A stretch of DNA of 64,000 bases from positions 517,694 to 581,693 of the forward strand of contig CBDATQ010000002.1 of assembly GCA_965199955.1 (NCBI GenBank), in the 5' to 3' direction. Source of the stretch: Spirochaetia bacterium (GTDB taxonomy: Bacteria > Spirochaetota > Spirochaetia > SZUA-6 > Bin103). The first letter of the stretch is position 1. Each line of letters opens with the position of its first letter. The notes beneath the pieces were generated by a model. That model had not been told where the DNA came from and did not search any database. It worked only from the letters and a program-made list of their open reading frames with translations. A program made the translations under genes and the position numbers. Below are positions 36,190 through 45,260 of the stretch, piece by piece.

Positions 36190-37475
36190 GACCAGAACCC
36201 TATCAGCCCCGGCGCCATCTTGCGCGGCACCAGGTTGCCCTCGGCCCGCGCCACCATGATGGACGGACCCTCGTCGGTGAGCGCGGCGTACACGATGTTG
36301 CGGCTGTCCGGAGACCAGATCCGCGCGGCCTGACCGTACTGGTCGAACACGCGGATCACCGCCGCGAACTGCGGGGTGGGCACGAACGTATCGATGTCCA
36401 CCGACGATCGCCGCTCGCGGTCGTAGACGCGCAGTGCCAATACCAGGGTCTGGTCGCTGCCTTCGTTCAGCGACTGGATCGACGGGACGAAGTAGGCGAC
36501 GCGCCTGGAGTCCGGGGACCAGAAGAACGCGAACACGTCGTCCTCCTCGAGCATCGTCCCGGCACCGGTCGCGACGTCGCGCAAGTGCAGCCGGCTGACG
36601 ATCGATTCGACTTCCTGGCGGCGGGCGATGTAGCCGAGCGACGTGCCGTCGGGAGACCAGAGAAAGGTGACCGAGCCGCGGGCGGTGGCGATCAGCTCGC
36701 GACGATCCCGTTGCTCGGGGTGGGCGATGACCAGGTCGGTCTGGCCGCCGTCGGCGACAGTCGCCAGCACCACTCCCGAACCGTCGGGCGACCAGGCCGG
36801 GGTCTGGAACTCGGCGGGCTGAAGCGGAAGGCCGCTCTCGACCACGGCCGCGCCGACCTGCAGGAAGGACACCCGGCGGTCGGAGGTTCGGACCGACCCC
36901 GCGTGCACGGTCACGCCGGTGCTGTCGGGCGCCCATGCCCAGAACAGCGGCCGGCCGGCGTCCAGCGTCTGCACCGGAGCGGCGCTGCCCGGCTGCCAGC
37001 TCAGAAGCAGGAAGCCCCCGCCGCCCGATCCGGCCGTCAGGAAGCTGAGCTGGCGGCTGTCGGGCGACCAGTAGAGATTGGCCGGCAGCCGTCCGCCGGT
37101 GGAGACGGCCCGCGCGTCGCTGCCGTCGGCGCGGGCGGTGAGCACGCGGCCGGACGTGCGGCCCTGGAACGAGTCTATTCCCACGAACGCCACCCGCTTG
37201 CCGTCCGGCGACCAGATCGGGGTCTGGTAGATGCGCGCGGCGCTCTCCGACTGCCCGGCGTCGGTGGTGATCTCCTTCGTGGCGCCGCCGGCCTGATTGG
37301 CCACATAGATGTTGGCGTCGATGCCCATGTAGACGATCTTTCCGGACTTGCGCTCCAGGGCTCCCATCAGCGAGCTCTGCTCGCTGGTGTCGGGCAGCCG
37401 GCAGTCGACCAGCAGCGCGGCGCCGACCGCGGCGGCGATGAGGAGCGCGCCGCGAGCGACCGCCCTTCGTCTCAT
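36180..37475 (-). CDS. TolB-like PD40 beta-propeller lipoprotein (tandem paralog)
   Basis: Signal/lipobox RRRAVARGALLIAAAVGAALLVDC. PD40 motifs (WSPDGKR, WSPDSRQ, WSPDGSG, WSPDGTS, WSPDSRN). Same architecture as 34828..36189. Confidence 0.65.
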   Translation of the reverse strand: MRRRAVARGALLIAAAVGAALLVDCRLPDTSEQSSLMGALERKSGKIVYMGIDANIYVANQAGGATKEITTDAGQSESAARIYQTPIWSPDGKRVAFVGIDSFQGRTSGRVLTARADGSDARAVSTGGRLPANLYWSPDSRQLSFLTAGSGGGGFLLLSWQPGSAAPVQTLDAGRPLFWAWAPDSTGVTVHAGSVRTSDRRVSFLQVGAAVVESGLPLQPAEFQTPAWSPDGSGVVLATVADGGQTDLVIAHPEQRDRRELIATARGSVTFLWSPDGTSLGYIARRQEVESIVSRLHLRDVATGAGTMLEEDDVFAFFWSPDSRRVAYFVPSIQSLNEGSDQTLVLALRVYDRERRSSVDIDTFVPTPQFAAVIRVFDQYGQAARIWSPDSRNIVYAALTDEGPSIMVARAEGNLVPRKMAPGLIGFWSWQ

Positions 37476-37486
37476 CGGTACACCCC

Positions 37487-38812
37487 TCATCCGACGCCGC
37501 GCCGCAGCACGGTGAGCGCGGTGTTGCGGACCGGGTCGGTCTGCTCCGAGACCTCGTCCCAGTCCAGCGATGCCGGTACGTCCGGCCGCACTCCGTCGAT
37601 GCCGACCTCGCGGCCGGACGGTGACTGGTAGGCGCTGGTCATGACGGTCAGGCGGGAGCCGTCCGGGAGCACGAAGTCGACGAAGCTCTCCACGTTGCCG
37701 GGCGTCCGCAGGCCGACCACGGTGGCGCGGCGGCGCGCCTGCAGGGCGGCGGCCAGAACCTCGGGCAGCCCCTCGGTGTCCGGTCCGACCAGCACCACCA
37801 GCGGCACCGCCTGCGAACCGTTCAGGTCGTAGCCATCGACGGATATGAGCTGCGAGCCCTCGGCGGTGTAGATCTCACCATGGTCGCCGTCCGAGAACAG
37901 CGACAACAGCGGCACCAGCGGCCACCGCAGGCCGCTGGCGATGCGCAGGTCCAGGATAATGCCGCCGATGTCCCCGGCTTCCGCGAGCGCCTCGAGGATG
38001 CGGACCGTCTCCGTGACCAGGGAGTCGGAGGAAACGCGCGGGAACAGCAGGTAGCCGACGCGGCCCGGATCCAGGATGCCGTACTGGAGCGGATTCAGCA
38101 CCTCCGCGAGCTGCACGCGGCCGCGGATCACCTGCACGTCACGCGGCTCCCGGTCGACCGAGTTGACGCGCAGGATCACCGGCTGGTCGGCCGGTCCCCG
38201 GATGCGGGACACCGCATCCGGGCCCTCTTCCCGCCGCACCGGAATGCCGTTGACCGCCGTGACCGCCTCGTGGGGGCGCAGCCCGGATTGGTCGGCGGGA
38301 GATCCGGGCATCACCGACAGCAGGATGATGCGCGGCTCCGGGTTTTCGCGGTAGGCGACGTAGGCGCCGATCCCTTCATAGGCGGAAGGATCCTCCAGTT
38401 CTTGCTGGATGCGCTCCATGCGCGTCTCCCAGCGCGCGGCCAGCGGCGGCAGTTCGTCCAGCATCTGCCGGACCGTCGCCGGGAAGTCCTCGCGCGAAAG
38501 GAGGTTGACGATCACCGGCCGGTATCGCTCGCGCAACTCGTTCCAGGCGACTCCGTGCAGGTCGCCGTACACGTAGTGGTCACGCAGCAGGGTCCATATC
38601 TCGTCGAAGGTGCGGATCTGCAGGGAGGTGATCTGTTCCCGCTGCTCGGTGGGGTCCAGCACGGGCGCGAGATCCGTGTCGTCCGCGAATTCGCGGGTGC
38701 AGGCGGCGAGGATCGACAGCGCGGCGATCATCGCCAGGACAAACGTCGCCGTTGCCGGCGTCGCCATTTCCGGCCCGACGGGGGCCGGCGCGTTCCACAG
38801 CCGGGTTCGCAT
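37487..38812 (-). CDS. S41 (C-terminal processing peptidase)-like protein with PDZ domain; catalytic triad apparently substituted
   Basis: Lipoprotein-type signal (..FVLAMIAALSILAAC). PDZ segment ...LSVMPGSPADQSGLRPHEAVTAVNGIPV... S41 core ...IILDLRIASGLRWP...VVLVGPDTEGLPEVLAAALQARRRATVVGLRTPGNVESF... aligns to the ...[35 protein letters not shown]... block. The Ser, Asp and Lys positions read Gly, Ala and Asn. Confidence 0.65.
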   Translation of the reverse strand: MRTRLWNAPAPVGPEMATPATATFVLAMIAALSILAACTREFADDTDLAPVLDPTEQREQITSLQIRTFDEIWTLLRDHYVYGDLHGVAWNELRERYRPVIVNLLSREDFPATVRQMLDELPPLAARWETRMERIQQELEDPSAYEGIGAYVAYRENPEPRIILLSVMPGSPADQSGLRPHEAVTAVNGIPVRREEGPDAVSRIRGPADQPVILRVNSVDREPRDVQVIRGRVQLAEVLNPLQYGILDPGRVGYLLFPRVSSDSLVTETVRILEALAEAGDIGGIILDLRIASGLRWPLVPLLSLFSDGDHGEIYTAEGSQLISVDGYDLNGSQAVPLVVLVGPDTEGLPEVLAAALQARRRATVVGLRTPGNVESFVDFVLPDGSRLTVMTSAYQSPSGREVGIDGVRPDVPASLDWDEVSEQTDPVRNTALTVLRRGVG

Positions 38813-38862
38813 AGAGGAGCGCCACCTTAGCATGGCCGCCCTGGCCGCGGTGCCGAGTTTCA

Positions 38863-38891
38863 TTGACAGCTTAGAAAAGCGGTCGATATAT
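38863..38891 (+). promoter_or_regulatory. putative sigma70-type promoter for the ffh operon
   Basis: TTGACA (38863-38868), 17-nt spacer, ATATAT (38886-38891). ffh ATG at 38905 implies a leader of only ~6-8 nt. Confidence 0.35.
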
Positions 38892-38904
38892 TGCCTCCCT
38901 GCGC

Positions 38905-40272
38905 ATGCGCACCAGCCTGAGTTCCCGCCTGATCGACGTGTTGCGCAACGTCACCACGCGCAAGCAACTCACGGAACGCAACATTCGCGACGCCGTCAAC
39001 GAGATCAGGAACGCCTTGCTCGAAGCTGATGTGAATGTGCGCGTGGTCCGTCGCTTCGTCAACCGGACGGTTGAAGCGGCGATCGGCGATCAGCGCGTGT
39101 CGGGCGTATCGGCCGCCGACCAATTCACGCGTACGGTGCACCAGCGTCTTACCGACATGCTTGGCGGCGGCGACACCGGGCTCGAACTGCGCGACCTGAA
39201 GCCGCCCGCGAGGATTCTCATGGTGGGTCTGCAGGGTTCGGGGAAGACCACCACCGCCGCCAAGCTGGCTCGGCGTCTGGCCGCCGACGGCCGACGGCCG
39301 CTGTTGATCGCCGCCGATCGCGCGCGGCCGGCGGCTGTCGAGCAGTTGGAGCTCCTGGGGCGCACGATCGGTGTCGATGTCTACACTGCCGCCGGCCTCC
39401 GCGGGGCCGATGGCGCCGCCAAGGTGACCCGTGAGGGGCTCCGGCACGCTCAACAGGGCGGGCACGACACGGTGATCGTGGATACGTCGGGCCGCAGCCA
39501 GGCAGACGAAAACCTGATGCGGGAACTCGAGCAGGTGCGGTCGGTGCTGGAGCCCGACCGCACCCTGCTGGTCGCCGACGCCATGACCGGGCAGGCCGCG
39601 GCCACGGTGGCCGGCGGCTTCGAGGAACGCATCGGCATCACCGGCGTCATCCTGTCCAAGACCGACTCGGATGCGCGGGGCGGAGCGGCCCTGTCGATGA
39701 AGGGAGTCACCGGCAAGCCGGTGTGCTTTATCGGCACCGGGGAGAGGCTGGAGGATCTGGAGCCGTTTCACGCGGAACGGTTCGCGGGACAGATCCTGGG
39801 GATGGGTGACGTCGTCAGCCTGGTGGAGAAGGCCGAGCAGGTGATCGATCAGCAGCAGGCGGAACGGACGCTGCGGCGCGTACGTTCGAACACGCTGACG
39901 CTGGCCGACTACCTGGAGCAGATCCGCGGCTTGCGCAAGATGGGGAACCTGGATGCGCTGATCGACAAGATCCCCGGCGCGCGCGCGGCCATGGCGGAGG
40001 GCGCGATCGACGAGCAGGTGCTGCGCACGGAAGAGGCCATGATATTGTCGATGACCCCGGCCGAGCGCGATAATCACCGCATCTTGGGTCCGTCACGGCG
40101 GCGCAGGGTGGCGCGCGGAAGCGGCACGACCGTGCTGGCGGTCAGCCGCTTCCTGAAGAAATTCGACAAGATGTCAGCGGCCATGCGAAAGATGGCGCGC
40201 GGCGGCGGCGGCGCCGGTGGCGGGGTGAAGCCCGCCCGTGCCACCCGCGGCGGCAAGCGCTTCCGCCGCTGA
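38905..40272 (+). CDS. ffh: signal recognition particle protein Ffh
   Basis: N domain, G domain (GLQGSGKTTTAAKLA, DTSGR, SKTDSDARGG) and Met-rich M domain with a basic tail. Confidence 0.95.
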   Translation: MRTSLSSRLIDVLRNVTTRKQLTERNIRDAVNEIRNALLEADVNVRVVRRFVNRTVEAAIGDQRVSGVSAADQFTRTVHQRLTDMLGGGDTGLELRDLKPPARILMVGLQGSGKTTTAAKLARRLAADGRRPLLIAADRARPAAVEQLELLGRTIGVDVYTAAGLRGADGAAKVTREGLRHAQQGGHDTVIVDTSGRSQADENLMRELEQVRSVLEPDRTLLVADAMTGQAAATVAGGFEERIGITGVILSKTDSDARGGAALSMKGVTGKPVCFIGTGERLEDLEPFHAERFAGQILGMGDVVSLVEKAEQVIDQQQAERTLRRVRSNTLTLADYLEQIRGLRKMGNLDALIDKIPGARAAMAEGAIDEQVLRTEEAMILSMTPAERDNHRILGPSRRRRVARGSGTTVLAVSRFLKKFDKMSAAMRKMARGGGGAGGGVKPARATRGGKRFRR

Positions 40273-40298
40273 CGCGGACACCACACAGGAGCGAACAG

Positions 40299-40616
40299 AT
40301 GAGCGTAGCGATCCGGCTCAAGCGACACGGTACGAGAAACCGTCCGTTCTACCGAATCGTCGTGATGGACTCGCGGCGGCCGCGAGACGGCAGGGTGATC
40401 GAGGAGCTCGGTCGCTATCAGCCGACCGAGCCCGAAGGCACGCAGGCCAGCCTCGACGAGGCGCGCGTGCGGGAGTGGATGGGCAAGGGCGCCCGGACAT
40501 CGGCGACCGTCCGACGCATTCTCAACCGTCAGGCCCGCGGACAGTCCGCTGGCGCTGGCGGGGAGTCCGCTGGTGAGGAGATCGGAGACGGATCGGCCCC
40601 GGCATCCGCAGAGTGA
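40299..40616 (+). CDS. rpsP: 30S ribosomal protein S16
   Basis: MSVAIRLKRHGTRNRPFYRIVVMDSRRPRDGR... Preceded by an AGGAG RBS. Confidence 0.95.
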   Translation: MSVAIRLKRHGTRNRPFYRIVVMDSRRPRDGRVIEELGRYQPTEPEGTQASLDEARVREWMGKGARTSATVRRILNRQARGQSAGAGGESAGEEIGDGSAPASAE

Positions 40617-40663
40617 CATGCCGCACGTGTGACGGGCCACGGAGCGAACGGTGGAGGTGAACG

Positions 40664-40897
40664 ATGGAAAAGGAGTTGGTCGAGTTCGTCGCTCGCGCAC
40701 TGGTAGACGAGCCTGACGGCGTCGAGGTCACCGTGGTCGAAGGCGAGAAGTCGACCATTGTGGAGTTGAAGGTGGCCGATGGCGACTTGGGCAAGGTCAT
40801 CGGCAAGCAGGGCCGGATCGCCAAGGCGATCCGTACCATTCTAAGCGCCGCCGGCACCAAGACCGGCAAGCGGGTCGTGCTCGAAATCATAGACTGA
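40664..40897 (+). CDS. KH domain RNA-binding protein (UPF0109)
   Basis: ...[18 protein letters not shown]... GXXG KH motif. Conserved position between rpsP and rimM. Confidence 0.85.
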   Translation: MEKELVEFVARALVDEPDGVEVTVVEGEKSTIVELKVADGDLGKVIGKQGRIAKAIRTILSAAGTKTGKRVVLEIID

Positions 40898-40901
40898 AGC
40901 C

Positions 40902-41456
40902 ATGGACGGGCAGGCCGCTCGGAGCGGTACGGCCGCTCGGAGCGCACCGCAGGACGGACGGATAGCGGTGGGCCGCATCCGGCGGGCGCACGGCGTGCAG
41001 GGATTCGTCCGTTTCGAGAGCCTCTCGGGCGAGATCGATCATTTCCCGGCGATGCACGAGGTGGAGCTGCGAGGCCGTGGACGGCTGCCGCGGCGCTACG
41101 ATGTGGAGTCGTTCCGTCTGTCCGGGCCGACGCTGCTGATGAAGCTGGAAGGGGTGGACGACCGGGACGCGGCCGCGAAGATCGCTGGGCGGGAAATCTG
41201 GGTGGAGCGCCGCCATGCGGCGCCGCTGGGTCCCGATGAGTTCTACCTGGCCGATCTGACCGGATGCGAGGTCCGCCAGGACGGCCGGCCGATCGGCACC
41301 GTGCGATCGGTGCTGGAGGCGGGTGCCGGCGATGTGCTGGAGGCGGTCCGTGACGACGGCCGCACCGTGCTGGTTCCCTTTCGGCGACAGTACGTGCGAT
41401 CAGCCGACACCGTCGCCGGCGTCATCGAGCTCGCCAGCGACGCGGTCATCGAATGA
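40902..41456 (+). CDS. rimM: 16S rRNA processing protein RimM
   Basis: ...GRIRRAHGVQGFVRFESLS... RimM N-terminal barrel plus PRC-like C-terminus. Correct synteny. Confidence 0.85.
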   Translation: MDGQAARSGTAARSAPQDGRIAVGRIRRAHGVQGFVRFESLSGEIDHFPAMHEVELRGRGRLPRRYDVESFRLSGPTLLMKLEGVDDRDAAAKIAGREIWVERRHAAPLGPDEFYLADLTGCEVRQDGRPIGTVRSVLEAGAGDVLEAVRDDGRTVLVPFRRQYVRSADTVAGVIELASDAVIE

Positions 41457-42151
41457 CGTTCACGGTCCTGACGCTTTTCCCGGAGCTGCTGACCCCGTTC
41501 GTGGCGACATCCATCGTCGGCCGCGCCGTCGAGCGCGGCCTTATCGATGTCCAGACCGTCGACATCCGCGACTACGCCCACGACCCGCACCGTACCTGCG
41601 ACGACAGTCCCTACGGTGGAGGCGCGGGGATGGTGTTGAAGCCGGAGCCGGTCAGCCGCGCGATAGAATCGGTGGTGAGACGGCGCACGGTAAGGCCACG
41701 TGCCGTTCACCTCACCGCCGCAGGCTTGCCGTTCGATCGCGATCTGGCGCGCCGTTGGGCGGCGGAGGGGCGGGAGTTGCTGCTCGTGGCCGGCCGCTAC
41801 GAGGGGATCGACCAGCGCGTGGTCGATCTGTTCGTCGAGGATGAGGTGTCGATCGGAGACTACGTGCTGATCGGCGGCGAGGTGGCGGCGATGGCGGTCA
41901 TCGAGGCCGTGGCGCGGCTGGTCCCCGGGGTGATCCAGGCGGACTCGCTCGCGGAAGAGAGCTTCGAGGGCGACGTTCTCGAATATCCTCAGTACACTAG
42001 ACCTCCGGTGTTCCGCGGCGTGCCGGTGCCGCCGGTACTGCTGTCCGGAGACCACGCACGGATCAGGGAGTGGCGCCGCCGGCAGGCGGCCCAGCGTACG
42101 GCCCGCCTGCGTCCGGACCTGCTACGAAGGAGCGAACGATGGAGCAACTGA
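41453..42151 (+). CDS. trmD: tRNA (guanine37-N1)-methyltransferase TrmD
   Basis: [12 protein letters not shown]...PYGGGAGMV...[10 protein letters not shown]... Overlaps the rimM stop. Confidence 0.95.
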   Translation: MTFTVLTLFPELLTPFVATSIVGRAVERGLIDVQTVDIRDYAHDPHRTCDDSPYGGGAGMVLKPEPVSRAIESVVRRRTVRPRAVHLTAAGLPFDRDLARRWAAEGRELLLVAGRYEGIDQRVVDLFVEDEVSIGDYVLIGGEVAAMAVIEAVARLVPGVIQADSLAEESFEGDVLEYPQYTRPPVFRGVPVPPVLLSGDHARIREWRRRQAAQRTARLRPDLLRRSERWSN

Positions 42152-42495
42152 TACGGGATGTCGAGACCGACCAGACGCGGTCTCATGCAACGGAATTCGG
42201 AGTCGGCGACTCGGTGCGGATCCATTTCAAGATCATCGAGGGCAAGACCGAACGGACCCAGGTGTTCGAAGGAACCTGCATCGCTCGCAAGGGCTCGGGC
42301 GTCAGTTCGACGTTCACCGTCCGCAAGATCTCCTACGGCGTCGGCGTGGAGCGGGTGTTCCCGCTGCACTCGCCCAAGATCGCCAGGATCGAGGTGTCGC
42401 GCCGGGGCCGCGTGCGCCGCGCGAAGCTCTTCTACCTGCGCGATCGGGTTGGCAAGGCAGCGAAGGTGCCGGAGCGCCGGATCCGCAAGCGCTAG
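42139..42495 (+). CDS. rplS: 50S ribosomal protein L19
   Basis: Starts at internal MEQLIRDVE...[33 protein letters not shown]... Confidence 0.9.
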   Translation: MEQLIRDVETDQTRSHATEFGVGDSVRIHFKIIEGKTERTQVFEGTCIARKGSGVSSTFTVRKISYGVGVERVFPLHSPKIARIEVSRRGRVRRAKLFYLRDRVGKAAKVPERRIRKR

Positions 42496-42554
42496 GAGTC
42501 TGTCGATTTGCCGCGCAAGCGGGAAGGCCGCGCGGCGGGGAGCCGACAGACTCC
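42495..42554 (+). other. nested inverted repeats immediately downstream of rplS (possible RNA structure or terminator-like element, no U-tract)
   Basis: Outer arms ggagtctgtcg (42495-42505) and cgacagactcc (42544-42554). Inner arms gccgcgc (42510-42516) and gcgcggc (42530-42536). Confidence 0.3.
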
Positions 42555-42688
42555 GACGCGGAAGGTGGGGATGGGCCAGAAGCGGAGCCGAAGGCGACGG
42601 TTTTGAGGCGATAGGAGCCCCGTCGGACGCCTCGGGGTCGACTTGAAGCGATAGCGCGAAACCCGCGCTTCAATGTTGACGATACTGT

Positions 42689-43132
42689 ATGCAGACATCG
42701 GTAGTACCGATGGACGGCGCGGCTCGGAGGGCGTCCGAGCCGCGCCGATCACATCGACAGGACCGGGTGAGCAGTGTCCAGAAGGGTAGAATCGGTGAAC
42801 GTCAGGCCGCCGCATACCTCCGGGAGCGCGGCTACCGCATCGTTGAGCGCAATGTTCGCATGCGGGTGGGAGAGATCGACCTGGTCGCATGCCGCGGCGA
42901 CAGCGTCGTGTTCGTCGAAGTCAAGGCTTGGGGCAGCTTCGGCGCCGCCGATCTGGCGGCCGTGGTGAACGACCGCAAGCGGCTGCGCATCGTCCGCACG
43001 GCGGCGGCGCTTCTGGCCCGGAGCCCGAGCTTGCAGCGGTTCCGGCCGCGGTTCGACATCCTGCTCTTGCGCTCCGGACAGCCGCCGCTGCATATCGAGT
43101 CGGCATTCGGCGCCGACGGGGAACCCCTGTGA
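42689..43132 (+). CDS. yraN: YraN family (UPF0102) endonuclease
   Basis: ...GERQAAAYLRERGYRIVERNVRMRVGEIDLVACRGDSVVFVEVK... Real start may be the GTG at 42767. Confidence 0.7.
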   Translation: MQTSVVPMDGAARRASEPRRSHRQDRVSSVQKGRIGERQAAAYLRERGYRIVERNVRMRVGEIDLVACRGDSVVFVEVKAWGSFGAADLAAVVNDRKRLRIVRTAAALLARSPSLQRFRPRFDILLLRSGQPPLHIESAFGADGEPL

Positions 43133-43425
43133 CGCCGTCCGGCCGCAGGCGCCGCCGCGCCCTGCGCCGCGTGGTCAAGGCGTTCCCGATCGTGTGGTAC
43201 CGCTCGCGCCTGCGGCGGCGCCAGCCAAGATTCGGGCTGGACAGGAACGGGCTCCGGTACGTGCCCGCCGGGCTGCAGCCGTTGGCCCATCGCGGCGCGT
43301 CCCGCACGTTGGCCCGGCGCGTCGAGTTACGCAGCAAGATCAGGGACCGAAGGTACCTGGAGCGGGCCATCCGCTATCTGGCGCAGCTCCTGACCGAAGA
43401 CGCGCCGCGCAAGAATCGCCGGTGA
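43129..43425 (+). CDS. hypothetical small basic protein (GTG start, GTGA-coupled to yraN)
   Basis: 98-codon ORF in a frame with protein-like segments (AFPIVWYRSRL..., ...RYLERAIRYLAQLLTED...). Arg-rich, so could be a GC-frame artefact. Confidence 0.2.
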   Translation: MTPSGRRRRRALRRVVKAFPIVWYRSRLRRRQPRFGLDRNGLRYVPAGLQPLAHRGASRTLARRVELRSKIRDRRYLERAIRYLAQLLTEDAPRKNRR

Positions 43426-43724
43426 ATCCGCCTCCGCCGCGTTGTCCGCTCTGTTCGGAGCCGGTGGACGACCTGATGCTTGCGCTGGCGCATCCCGAAA
43501 CCGAGGCCCCGGCTCACTTCGAGTGCGTGTTGAGCGCGATCCGTGAGGGCGAACAGCTCGAGCCCGGCGAGCAAATCTGCTACGTCGGCGGCGGCGTGTT
43601 CGCCATCGTGCGGGCCGGACGCGGGCGGCGCAGCGCCAGGATCCGCAAGCGCATTCCGTACGAGTCGGAAACCACGCCTCCGCAGTGGCGCAGCGATCAG
43701 GTGCGCCGCATACCGAGTACCTGA
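43422..43724 (+). CDS. possible DUF177/YceD-like small protein upstream of rpmF
   Basis: GTG start overlapping the previous stop (GTGA). ...RCPLCSEPVDDLMLALAHPETEAPAHFEC... resembles the YceD C-x-x-C-x-EP and [DE]..LALP....H...C blocks. Position directly upstream of rpmF matches conserved yceD-rpmF synteny. Confidence 0.3.
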   Translation: MNPPPPRCPLCSEPVDDLMLALAHPETEAPAHFECVLSAIREGEQLEPGEQICYVGGGVFAIVRAGRGRRSARIRKRIPYESETTPPQWRSDQVRRIPST

Positions 43725-43794
43725 GCGAGCCTGGCCTTACTCCTTCGGGCGAGGGCCGATCACCCGTCTCCCGGCAGGGGGACGGAGCGCGGCG

Positions 43795-43823
43795 TTGACA
43801 ACCATGCCACGTTAGCAATAGCT
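43795..43823 (+). promoter_or_regulatory. putative promoter upstream of rpmF
   Basis: Perfect TTGACA (43795-43800), 17 nt, then atagct/tagcaa-like -10 region. rpmF ATG at 43842. Confidence 0.25.
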
Positions 43824-43841
43824 TCCCGGCACAGGACTGAG

Positions 43842-44030
43842 ATGGCTGTACCCGCACGCAAGACCTCCAAGGCCCGCAGCCGGCGCCGACGCGCCGTCAA
43901 CATGCGGATCAAGGCACCGTCTATCGTCGAGTGCGGCACGTGCGGCAATCGGGTCCTGCTGCACCGGGTGTGCTCCAAGTGCGGGCATTATCGCGGAAAG
44001 CCGGTGCTGGAAACGGCGGAAATCGCCTGA
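43842..44030 (+). CDS. rpmF: 50S ribosomal protein L32
   Basis: MAVPARKTSKARSRRRRA...CGTCGN...CSKCG zinc-ribbon L32. Confidence 0.9.
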   Translation: MAVPARKTSKARSRRRRAVNMRIKAPSIVECGTCGNRVLLHRVCSKCGHYRGKPVLETAEIA

Positions 44031-44059
44031 CCCCACCCTTCCCTGGAGGCGATGCGAAC

Positions 44060-44299
44060 ATGGACGCTGAACTCTTCGAAAAGATGAAAAAGCTGATCGC
44101 GGATCGGCTGGAGATCGAGGAGGACAAGATCACGCTCGAGTCCTCGTTTCGGCAGGATCTCGGTGCCGACAGTCTGGACACGTACGAGCTCGTCTATGCG
44201 ATAGAGGAAGAGCTCGGCATCACGATCCCCGACGAGAAGGCGAACGAGTTCGAGACCGTGAAGGACGCGCTGGCTTACATCGAGTCGCAGATCAAGTAG
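44060..44299 (+). CDS. acpP: acyl carrier protein
   Basis: ...LGADSLDTYELVYAIEEELGI... with the DSL phosphopantetheine-attachment motif. Internal ATG chosen. Confidence 0.9.
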   Translation: MDAELFEKMKKLIADRLEIEEDKITLESSFRQDLGADSLDTYELVYAIEEELGITIPDEKANEFETVKDALAYIESQIK

Positions 44300-44513
44300 C
44301 TTCTCGCGGCGGCGGAGTGCCCCTCGGTGGATTACGGTGGGTGCCTCGCTCACGGTCACGCCCCTCCGCCGGGTTGATGGCAGCGCCGGGCTGATGGCCC
44401 GCAAGCTCGTGCCGGCACTCGGAGGCGGCTTCAAGGTCCTGCGTGGTGAGTGGCACATTGCGCGCCGTGGTCGTAGGCCGGGGAGCGCTGGACCGGACGC
44501 CGATCTCAGATCG

Positions 44514-45260
44514 GTGTCTCCCGCCCGGCGGTTCGAGTTGCGTTCCCTGCAGCGTGGCATCGGCGTCCGTTTTCGTGACGAGCGCCTGTTGAATCTTGCG
44601 CTCTGCCACCGTTCGCATGCCGCCGAAGCGCGCGTGGCCAGCAACGAGAGGCTGGAGTTCCTGGGGGATGCCGTACTCGGCCTAGTGGTCAGCCAGTGGC
44701 TGTACCGCCGGCTGGAGGGGAAGCCCGAAGGGGACTTGGCACGTGTGAAGTCGGTCGTGGTGAGCGAGGAGAGCTTGGCTCAGATCGCCAGACAGCTCTC
44801 CCTGGACCGCTACCTGCTTCTGGGCCGTGGAGAGGAGCGGTCAGGCGGACGCGGCAAGAGCGCCCTGCTGGCGGACGCACTGGAAGCGCTGATCGGTGCA
44901 TGCTTCCTGGACTCCGGGCTGCACGCCGCCGAGCGGTTTGTCGAGCGTGTCTTCGCCGAAGAGATCGAGAACGTGATCGCCGGCCGCCACCGCCAGGACT
45001 ACAAGACGCTGCTCCAGGAGCTCTCCCAGAGGCGCTTTCGCGCCTTTCCCAAATATCGGGTCACCGAGCGGCGGGGCCCCGACCACGACCAGGTGTTCTC
45101 GATGGACGTGGTCGTCGCCGGGCGACCGTATGGCCCGGCGGAGGGCAAGAGCAAGAAGCAGGCCGAACAGCGAGTCGCCCGCATCGCCTACGCGCAGCTC
45201 GTCGCGGCGGAGGCTTCTTCCGACGAGTCAGGCGCTGGGGGATCTGCCGCCTCGTCCTGA
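44514..45260 (+). CDS. rnc: ribonuclease III
   Basis: ...NERLEFLGDAVLGLVVSQWLY... RNase III signature plus C-terminal dsRBD. GTG start chosen ~15 aa before the conserved block. The long ORF begins at 44337. Confidence 0.8.
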   Translation: MSPARRFELRSLQRGIGVRFRDERLLNLALCHRSHAAEARVASNERLEFLGDAVLGLVVSQWLYRRLEGKPEGDLARVKSVVVSEESLAQIARQLSLDRYLLLGRGEERSGGRGKSALLADALEALIGACFLDSGLHAAERFVERVFAEEIENVIAGRHRQDYKTLLQELSQRRFRAFPKYRVTERRGPDHDQVFSMDVVVAGRPYGPAEGKSKKQAEQRVARIAYAQLVAAEASSDESGAGGSAASS

